A stretch of 64,000 bases of DNA from an uncultured Bacteroidaceae bacterium (GTDB taxonomy: Bacteria > Bacteroidota > Bacteroidia > Bacteroidales > Bacteroidaceae): assembly GCA_934293005.1 (NCBI GenBank), contig CAKQYA010000005.1, positions 37,275-101,274 on the forward strand, in the 5' to 3' direction. Numbering within the stretch: the stretch's first letter is position 1; the number at the start of each line of letters is the position of its first letter. Shown here piece by piece: positions 19,886 to 27,609 of the stretch. The position numbers were made by a program, and so were the translations under genes. The notes under the pieces are model-generated. The model worked only from the letters and a program-made list of their open reading frames with translations, had not been told where the DNA came from and did not search any database.

Positions 19886-20227
19886 GTTTGCCATTCCTTT
19901 TATGCCTCTTGCTTTTGTTGCTCATCTTCATATTTTCATGCTGCTGTGCTTGTTGCGCAATCAGGTGTTCGAATTTGTTTGTATAATCAAATTGTGACGT
20001 TCATCATCCTACACCAGACAGCGTGCTGAGATGGACGTGACAGGTGCATAAAATGAAAAATGGAAGTTGTTGATGCTGCAGAATTAAGAAAATGAAGCAT
20101 GCTATTAGTTAAAATCTGTAAACAAACTTGCTCTTTCGTGGTTTTATAGTATTTTTGCATCAATATTTGTAAAAGATGTTACAAATCCGTTTAAAAAGCA
20201 TTAAAATCAAGTAACAATTACAGTTGT

Positions 20228-21937
20228 ATGGTAATTTGGATCTTTTTGAGGCTCATAGGAGCCTTGGCTCTGTTGATGTTCGGTATGAAATCCATGAGCG
20301 ACAGTTTGCAGAAGATGGCCGGCCCGCAATTGCGTCACGTGTTGGGCACGATGACAACAAATCGTGTCACAGGCATTCTTACAGGCGCACTTATAACAGC
20401 GGCTGTGCAGTCTTCAACTGCCACCACGGTAATGACGGTGTCATTTGTCAATGCAGGTTTGCTGACATTGGCGCAAGCCATCTCAGTCATTATGGGAGCG
20501 AATATCGGAACGACGCTCACAGCATGGATAATGAGTGCAGGTTTTTCGTTCAACATCACAGATTTTGTCTGGCCCGCATTTTTCTTGGCCATTATTCTTA
20601 TTTATAGCAGGAAACATAAGATAGTAGGTGATTTCCTCTTTGGTATTTCATTCATGTTCCTTGGTTTAGGAACATTGCGTCAAGCAGGCATCGACCTTGA
20701 CTTGGCACATAATCAGCCAGTGCTTGATTTTTTCGCTAGTTTTGACCCCGCAAGTTTTTCCACGACAATATTATTTCTCCTTATTGGAGGTGTGTTGACC
20801 ATGTGTGTGCAGAGTTCTGCTGCAGTGATGGCTATCACTATGATTCTGTGCTCCACAGGTGTGTTGCCTATCTATCAAGGCATTGCTCTTGTGATGGGAG
20901 AGAACATAGGCACGACGGTGACATCAAATATTGCTGCGCTGACAGCCAACACTCAGGCTCGACGGGCTGCATTGGCTCATATGCTCTTCAATGTGTTTGG
21001 TGTGCTTTGGATTTTGTGTGTGTTCCATCCTTTCATCAACTTGGTGTGTGATGTTGTTGGATACGACGTTGACATGGAGGCTTCCAATCCTCGTTTTGTA
21101 GCCAATGCAGCCAAGCTCTCGTTTGTGCTGGCCGCATTCCATACCATGTTCAACTTGGCCAATACTTTTATCCTTGTGTGGTTTGTCAAGTATATGGTAA
21201 AGGTTGTGTGCACTATCATCAAGCCAAAGAAGAATGTGGATGAGGACGACTTCCGCTTGAGGTTCATCCCTTCGGGCATCATGAAGACACCTGAGCTTTC
21301 TGTGCTTGAGGCACAAAAGGAAATACATTCATTTGCAGAGCGCATACAAAGAATGTTTGGCATGGTGATGACGTTACTTAATGAGAAGGATACTAACAAA
21401 TTCAATAAGCTCTACAGTCGTGTGGAGAAGTATGAGAGCATCTCTGACAATATGGAAATAGAGATAGCCAAGTATCTCGACAGTGTGAGCAATGCGCATC
21501 TTAGTGATGAGACTAAGGCTAAGATACGTGCCATGCTTCGTGAGATATCAGAATTGGAGAGCATAGGCGACAGTTGCTACAACATAGCGCGCACTCTTAA
21601 CCGCCGCATCAACAGTAAGGAAGATTTCACAGCGAAGCAATATGAGCACATATCTCAGATGATGGAGCTGACCAACATGTCGCTCACTCAGATGAACACC
21701 ATTCTTGTGAGCCATAGAGCCGAAAATGATGTGAACCGTTCATTCAATATTGAGAATGAAATCAATAATTATCGCAACCAGTTGAAGAAGCAGAACATCA
21801 ATGATGTGAACAATCATGTGTACACTTACACTCTTGGAACGATGTATATCGACATCATACAGGAGTGTGAGAAGCTTGCCGACTTTGTGGTGAATGTTGT
21901 TGAGGCTCGAATGGGAGTAAGGCAAAGAGAAGCATAA
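20228..21937 (+). CDS. Na/Pi-cotransporter II-related protein with C-terminal PhoU-like domain
   Basis: 569 aa; duplicated QSSTATT / GANIGTT NptA repeats; helical C-terminal PhoU-like region. Confidence 0.8.
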   Translation: MVIWIFLRLIGALALLMFGMKSMSDSLQKMAGPQLRHVLGTMTTNRVTGILTGALITAAVQSSTATTVMTVSFVNAGLLTLAQAISVIMGANIGTTLTAWIMSAGFSFNITDFVWPAFFLAIILIYSRKHKIVGDFLFGISFMFLGLGTLRQAGIDLDLAHNQPVLDFFASFDPASFSTTILFLLIGGVLTMCVQSSAAVMAITMILCSTGVLPIYQGIALVMGENIGTTVTSNIAALTANTQARRAALAHMLFNVFGVLWILCVFHPFINLVCDVVGYDVDMEASNPRFVANAAKLSFVLAAFHTMFNLANTFILVWFVKYMVKVVCTIIKPKKNVDEDDFRLRFIPSGIMKTPELSVLEAQKEIHSFAERIQRMFGMVMTLLNEKDTNKFNKLYSRVEKYESISDNMEIEIAKYLDSVSNAHLSDETKAKIRAMLREISELESIGDSCYNIARTLNRRINSKEDFTAKQYEHISQMMELTNMSLTQMNTILVSHRAENDVNRSFNIENEINNYRNQLKKQNINDVNNHVYTYTLGTMYIDIIQECEKLADFVVNVVEARMGVRQREA

Positions 21938-22007
21938 GGGATGATGTTTTCAATGATGGTTTATAGTTTGATGCGTCTCCTGTAAACATAGACAACGCTA
22001 TATAAAA

Positions 22008-22054
22008 TGAGAAGCGGAAGATATGCCATTGAGCATTCTTCCGCTTCTCTTTTT
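22008..22054. terminator. bidirectional rho-independent terminator between convergent nptA-like and serine-hydrolase genes
   Basis: gagaagcggaaga-tatgccattgagcat-tcttccgcttctc then ttttt on + ; A-run before it gives a U-run on -. Confidence 0.65.
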
Positions 22055-22138
22055 GTGCCGTGAGCCTATATCGTTAGCTTGTTTGCATTCTGTCTGTTCC
22101 AGCCATAAGGAACAAGCTGCAATTCGGGTATATCCAGT

Positions 22139-23647
22139 TTATTTTCCTTCAGGCTTTAGGGCGAAGGAATATTTCTTACTCTCGTAGTTGTATTTGACAT
22201 AAAGTGTGGGTGTCTTCGACTCGAAATAGAAAGTGAGGGTGAAGCCACTCATCCAGTCGATGAAATGTGTTTTGACCTCAAGCACATTGGCATCCTTCCA
22301 GCCATAGCTGCTTGCAGCAGTGAAAGGTTTTGTGAAACCCGTGAAAGCTCCTTGGGTGGCAGAACGCGAATAAGGCGGGAATTTTACTGGTACTTGACTG
22401 TTGGTCCATTGCTTATGTCCGCATCTCAAGCGCACTGTGCCGTGCTTGTCGGTATTGATGTTGACCATAAGGTCCTTGCCTTTCGAAGAAACGGATATGC
22501 TTTTCCATCCAAGACGGTTCTTAGACAGTTGGTATGTGGTGTTGTAAATTGTGTTCTGTTTTGCGGTGGTAGCTCTGCCTGGTGCGTATGGAAGGATGTA
22601 TGATGTCTGCTTCCTTGCAAGATTCTTATAGCCACGTTCGTCAGGCAGATAAGTCTCTTTGATGCCAGGAAGCACAATGTTGTATAGCATCTCTTGTTCT
22701 CTCTTTCCTGCATCGCCGGTCATGCTTTGAGTGATGACAGCTACCATGTCTTCTTTGGGCATGATGATGATGTATTGTCCAAAGGCACCGTCTGCTTTGG
22801 CTGTGCCGGGGTTGCTGCATATCCACATCTGATAGCCATACTTGCTGCTTTTCACCTGTGTCTTCATCATCTCTTCAACCCATGAGGCAGGTATGAGCTG
22901 TTTGCCTTTCCATGCGCCTTTGTTGAGAAGCAACTGACCGAACTTGGCCATCGACTCAGGCTGAAGGTACAGTCCCCATCCTCCGCAACTGATGCCTTCA
23001 GGACTCCACTCCCAGTTTACTTTTGTGATGTGCAGCGGTTCGAAGAGCCTTGGCTTGAGATAGTCGAAGAGGGTGGAGCGCGTCACTTTTGTGAGTATGG
23101 CCGACAGCAGGTATGTGTCCATGGAGTCGTATGCGAAACGTGTGCCAGGCTTGGAAGTCATGCTGTTGTTGATGCAGCCCTTTATCCATTTGTTCTGGTA
23201 TGTGCGCACGTCGTCGGTGACTTTGAAGCCTGATTGCATAGTGAGGAGGTCTCGAATGTTTATGTCGGCCAGATTTTTTGGTATCGTGTCGGGAAGGAGT
23301 TCTGGATAGAATGCTGCGAGCCGGTCGGTGAGTCGCAGTCTGTTCTCTTCTATAGCCATGCCTATGGCTGCGGATGTGAAAGTCTTGGAACAAGAGAAAA
23401 GAGTCTGGCCATATTCAGGTCTGAAGGGCCGAGGATATGCTTCAGCTATCACCTTGCCATGTCGCATGATGATGGCAGAGTGTATCTCTGCCGTGCTGAG
23501 GCTTGTTATGGAATCGAGAAAACTGATGATTGATTTTGAATGCACACCCTGTGATTCAGGTGTGGCACGTTCGAGTTCGTCGATTTGTCCGAACGTCATC
23601 GTAGGTAGTAATGCAACTGCGATGATTAGTGTTTTTTTCATTTTCAT
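22139..23647 (-). CDS. serine hydrolase, beta-lactamase (class C/PBP-like) family, secreted
   Basis: ORF to 23716, likely start MKMKKTLIIAVALL (signal peptide); S-x-x-K motif FSCSKTFTS; ~500 aa with C-terminal extension. Confidence 0.7.
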   Translation of the reverse strand: MKMKKTLIIAVALLPTMTFGQIDELERATPESQGVHSKSIISFLDSITSLSTAEIHSAIIMRHGKVIAEAYPRPFRPEYGQTLFSCSKTFTSAAIGMAIEENRLRLTDRLAAFYPELLPDTIPKNLADINIRDLLTMQSGFKVTDDVRTYQNKWIKGCINNSMTSKPGTRFAYDSMDTYLLSAILTKVTRSTLFDYLKPRLFEPLHITKVNWEWSPEGISCGGWGLYLQPESMAKFGQLLLNKGAWKGKQLIPASWVEEMMKTQVKSSKYGYQMWICSNPGTAKADGAFGQYIIIMPKEDMVAVITQSMTGDAGKREQEMLYNIVLPGIKETYLPDERGYKNLARKQTSYILPYAPGRATTAKQNTIYNTTYQLSKNRLGWKSISVSSKGKDLMVNINTDKHGTVRLRCGHKQWTNSQVPVKFPPYSRSATQGAFTGFTKPFTAASSYGWKDANVLEVKTHFIDWMSGFTLTFYFESKTPTLYVKYNYESKKYSFALKPEGK

Positions 23648-23993
23648 AGTGTTGTCAGTCATAAAAAACTCTACGATAAAAACAGCAGATAGGTGCTTGA
23701 TGTTAAACAGGTGCAAATTTAACGCTTTTTGTTGACAGGAAACATTGAGTGTGACATTTTTTTAATAGAATGTTACATAAATGCAATGAAGATTGATGAA
23801 ATGCTTGTGTCTGAGTGAAAAGGTCAAGTTTTTGTTGTTTTTCTTGCCAAGAGTTATTGTGCGCTTTCGTATATTTGCAAAGACATTCCATGCAAATGTT
23901 ATCCATCGTGGCGCTATCCGCAAGAGGTGTCGTGATGCATGGCAGGGCATGGCAAACCTAAAACAGCAAAAAACTATAATCATTTTACAAGAC

Positions 23994-25463
23994 ATGAAAA
24001 GAAAATGTGGAAAGTCTACCCAAGAGGTGAGACAATATGCTAAAGGCTTGATGGCAGCAGGATTGTTGTCTGCCATGCCATTGTGTGCAGGAGCGCAGAA
24101 TCCCATAGTGCAGACATGGTTCACTACCGATCCTGCCCCTCTGGTGCATGACGACAAGATGTATGTGTATACTGGGCATGATGAAGATGGAGCAGACTTC
24201 TTCTGGATGCAGGAGTGGAGAGTGTACAGCACAACAGACATGGTCAATTGGACTGACCATGGCACCCCGTTGGCTCTCGAGGATTTCTCATGGGCTGATG
24301 ACCGTGCATGGGCTGCACAGACGATTGAACGCAATGGCAAGTTCTATTGGTATATATGCGCGCATTCCAAGTTGAGCGGAGGCATGGCCATAGGTGTGGC
24401 TGTGAGTGATTCGCCAACAGGACCATTCAAGGATGCCATAGGAAAGCCTCTTTATGATAATGGGAGCTGGGACCATATCGATCCCACTGTGATGATAGAC
24501 GATGACGGTCAGGCTTGGATATATTGGGGCAATCCACGTGTGTACTACGCTCAGCTCAATGATGACATGGTAAGTTTGAAGGGCGAGGTGAAGAAACTTG
24601 AAATGACAGAAGAGGGATTTGGCTCTCCTGACCCGTCGCAGAGAAAAAAAGACGTGAAATATAAGGACATGTACACCGAAGGGCCTTGGATAATGAAAAA
24701 GCCGCAGATGGCGTCCAAAGGCAAGAACCACAAGGCTGGCAGGAAAGGCAAGAAACCAGGGTATTACTTGCTTTATGCGGCAGGCGGAGTGCCTGAGCAT
24801 ATCGCATACTCATGGTCTCCAACACCTTCTGGCCCATGGACGTATATGGGCACTATCATGCCCGAAGGCGGCACTGCATCGTTCACCAACCATTGTGGTT
24901 ATGAGCGTTATAAAGGACATGATTATTTCTTCTATCATACAGGCAAGCTGCCTAAAGGCGGTGGATTTGGCCGCAGTGTGGCTGTGGAAGAGTTCACTTT
25001 CAATGCAGATGGCACATTCCCAGTCATTCATCCAACAGACAAGGGTGTTGAGCCTATAGGAACACTTAATCCTTATGAGCGTGTAGAAGCGGAAACGATG
25101 GCTTTTTCAAAAGGTGTGAAGTCGGAGGTGAACAGCAAGATTGGTGTGTATGTGTCGGAAATACATGATGGCGATTATATCAAATTGCAAGCGGTCGACT
25201 TTGGAGATGTTGCCCCCGCGCGTTTCATGGCGAGTGCCGCTTGCGCGCTTCGAGGAGGAACCATCGAGATTCATGCCGACAGTATAGGAGGTGTTAAGAT
25301 GGCTGAGTTGAAAGTGCCAGGCACTGGAGGCTGGGAAGATTGGCAGACGCTGACAGCTTCCATTCAGCAAGGAGTGACAGGCGTGCATGACCTCTATTTT
25401 GTGTTCAAGGGAAGAAAAGGCGTTAAACTCATGAACCTCGACTGGTGGACATTTAAGAAATGA
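23994..25463 (+). CDS. glycoside hydrolase family 43 (arabinofuranosidase/xylosidase-like) with C-terminal CBM6-like domain
   Basis: ORF 23793-25463; signal peptide after internal Met (MKRKCG...AMPLCAGAQ); GH43 N-term QTWFTTDPAPLVHDDKMYVYTGHDE; C-terminal beta-sandwich (GDYIKLQAVDFG...); TATATTTG box 23869-23876. Confidence 0.8.
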   Translation: MKRKCGKSTQEVRQYAKGLMAAGLLSAMPLCAGAQNPIVQTWFTTDPAPLVHDDKMYVYTGHDEDGADFFWMQEWRVYSTTDMVNWTDHGTPLALEDFSWADDRAWAAQTIERNGKFYWYICAHSKLSGGMAIGVAVSDSPTGPFKDAIGKPLYDNGSWDHIDPTVMIDDDGQAWIYWGNPRVYYAQLNDDMVSLKGEVKKLEMTEEGFGSPDPSQRKKDVKYKDMYTEGPWIMKKPQMASKGKNHKAGRKGKKPGYYLLYAAGGVPEHIAYSWSPTPSGPWTYMGTIMPEGGTASFTNHCGYERYKGHDYFFYHTGKLPKGGGFGRSVAVEEFTFNADGTFPVIHPTDKGVEPIGTLNPYERVEAETMAFSKGVKSEVNSKIGVYVSEIHDGDYIKLQAVDFGDVAPARFMASAACALRGGTIEIHADSIGGVKMAELKVPGTGGWEDWQTLTASIQQGVTGVHDLYFVFKGRKGVKLMNLDWWTFKK

Positions 25464-25497
25464 CCTGCTTGTGACGCTTTAAATACAATATGAGAAC

Positions 25498-27330
25498 ATG
25501 AGAAGAATATTAAGCACATTAGGTTTGTTTATACTTGCTGCAACAATGGCTTGGGCACAAAAGGTCGCTTCTCCTAATGGCAAGGTGACTGTGGAACGGA
25601 CTGATGGCATATATGAGGTTCGTTATAATGGAAGCAAGGTCGTTGATCTGGTATCAGATGGAGTGCTTACCAAGCATCGCAGCCATGCTCCGGCATATAT
25701 ACGCATGGAAAAGCTTGGCAAGATAAAAGACAACTATCAGATGTTGCAAGGCAAGAGGCTTTCATGCAGCAACCGCGGCAATGCTTACGCCTTTGTGCAT
25801 GAATATGCTGATGGCTCTCCAATGAAGCTCGTGATGCGCGTGTACGACAATGGCGTGGCTTTCAGGTATGAGTTGCAGGGCCTTAATGATGACAGTCTGA
25901 AGGATGAACTCACATTTTATGATATAGGCAAAGGCACTCGCCGCTGGTTCATGAAATGGTCTGATGGTTATGAGGGCTTTTTCCCTGAGGCAACAAGTGG
26001 TGAAGGCGGCGGGCGGCATTGGGCATATCCTGCGTTATTGCAGAAAACGGACAATGTGTACGCCCTCATCTCTGAGGCAAACATTGAGAGGAGGCAGAGC
26101 GCATCGTCTATGCACAACGATGATGACGGAGATGTCTATAAGGTTTGCCCTGATGTCAACGATGTGCCTCTCAATGGTGAATGGCACACTCCTTGGAGGA
26201 TGCTGATGCTTGGCTCGCTGGCTGATATCGTTGAATCGACTCTTGTGACAGATGTGGCGGACCCTTGCCGTTTGGCCGACACAAGTTGGATAAAGCCAGG
26301 CGTGGTGTCGTGGGTATACTGGGCTTACAACCATGGTTCGAACGATTTCAACATCATTAAGAAATATGTTGACCTTGCTGTGGCTCTCAATTTGCCTTAT
26401 GTGCTCATTGATGCAGAGTGGGATGAGTTTAAGGATGGAAAGAGTGTTGTTGATGCTATTGACTATGCCAAGAAGAATGGCGTCAAGCCCATGATATGGT
26501 ACAATTCGTCTGTTGGTTGGATAAATGGAGCGCCAGGACCAAAATTTCGCCTCAATAAGCCAGAAGACCGGGAAAGGGAGTTTGCCTGGTGTGAAAGCCT
26601 TGGCGTTGCGGGTGTGAAGATTGATTTCTTCTCTGGCGACAACCAAATGAACATGGATTACTGCATAGATCTGTTGGAATGTGCCGCAAGGCATCATCTG
26701 CTGGTCAATTTCCATGGAGCCACCATACCAAGAGGATGGCAGCGCACATATGCCAATCTACTGTCCACTGAAGGTGTGTATGGAGCAGAATGGTATAATA
26801 ATGTGTCCACGTTCACGGCAAAGGCGGCGAAACACAATGCCACGCTTCCTTTCACCCGCAACGTTGTAGGACCTATGGATTATACTCCATGCGCCTTTTC
26901 TGATTCGCAGCATCCTCATATCACCACTCATGCTCACGAACTTGCGCTGACTGTCTTGTTTGAGTCGGGTTTGCAACATCTTGCAGATCGTCCTGAAAGT
27001 TTCTTGGCCCAGCCACAGGAGGTGAGGGATTTCCTGTCCAATTTGCCCAATGTTTGGGATGATACCAAACTTGTGGCTGGTTATCCTGGCGACTATGTTG
27101 TCATGGCTCGCAAGAGTAAGGGCAAATGGTATATTGCAGCCATCAATGGAACTGATGACGAGCGTGACGTTATTGTAGACTGGTCGCGGCTCAAACTGAA
27201 AAAGCCAACGTTTGCCGTTTATGCCGACAGTGGCAAGAAGGATGACCCTTGGGCGCTTGAAAGTGTAGCCAGCCTTCCGACGAATATACATTTGCAGCCA
27301 CGAGGTGGTGTGGTTATGGTAGAAAAATGA
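25498..27330 (+). CDS. glycoside hydrolase family 97 protein (alpha-glucosidase/alpha-galactosidase family)
   Basis: 610 aa; signal peptide; N-term SPNGKVTVERTDGIYEVRYNG and LVMRVYDNGVAFRYEL match SusB-type GH97 N-domain; GH97-like C-terminal domain. Confidence 0.7.
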   Translation: MRRILSTLGLFILAATMAWAQKVASPNGKVTVERTDGIYEVRYNGSKVVDLVSDGVLTKHRSHAPAYIRMEKLGKIKDNYQMLQGKRLSCSNRGNAYAFVHEYADGSPMKLVMRVYDNGVAFRYELQGLNDDSLKDELTFYDIGKGTRRWFMKWSDGYEGFFPEATSGEGGGRHWAYPALLQKTDNVYALISEANIERRQSASSMHNDDDGDVYKVCPDVNDVPLNGEWHTPWRMLMLGSLADIVESTLVTDVADPCRLADTSWIKPGVVSWVYWAYNHGSNDFNIIKKYVDLAVALNLPYVLIDAEWDEFKDGKSVVDAIDYAKKNGVKPMIWYNSSVGWINGAPGPKFRLNKPEDREREFAWCESLGVAGVKIDFFSGDNQMNMDYCIDLLECAARHHLLVNFHGATIPRGWQRTYANLLSTEGVYGAEWYNNVSTFTAKAAKHNATLPFTRNVVGPMDYTPCAFSDSQHPHITTHAHELALTVLFESGLQHLADRPESFLAQPQEVRDFLSNLPNVWDDTKLVAGYPGDYVVMARKSKGKWYIAAINGTDDERDVIVDWSRLKLKKPTFAVYADSGKKDDPWALESVASLPTNIHLQPRGGVVMVEK

Positions 27331-27471
27331 TGATATATTGAGTCTCCTTTTTAAAAGGGGGCTCAATATTGTTAAATCGCATTTGGAGTTGTATTTTATG
27401 CGTAAATGTCTACATGTTGCATTTTTTTTGTAAAAAAAATCAAAGGTGATAGGCATGTAAAAAAAAAAGAG

Positions 27472-27479
27472 TATCTTTG
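27472..27479 (+). promoter_or_regulatory. -7 promoter box TATCTTTG upstream of T9SS cargo gene
   Basis: TAnnTTTG consensus ~130 nt upstream of 27610. Confidence 0.35.
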
Positions 27480-27609
27480 TGGCGTAATTTACTATGAAAC
27501 CGACATCTTTGAGGATGTTTTTATGATGTAATCCAGTCTTGTATCAAGCGAATGTGCATTTGACTGAGATGTTTTTAAGCATAGCATACTAACTTTAATT
27601 TATCAACTT

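Noticed and set aside
26035-27456. 226-aa and 232-aa minus-strand ORFs inside the GH97 gene
   Set aside because: Antisense shadow ORFs without domains.
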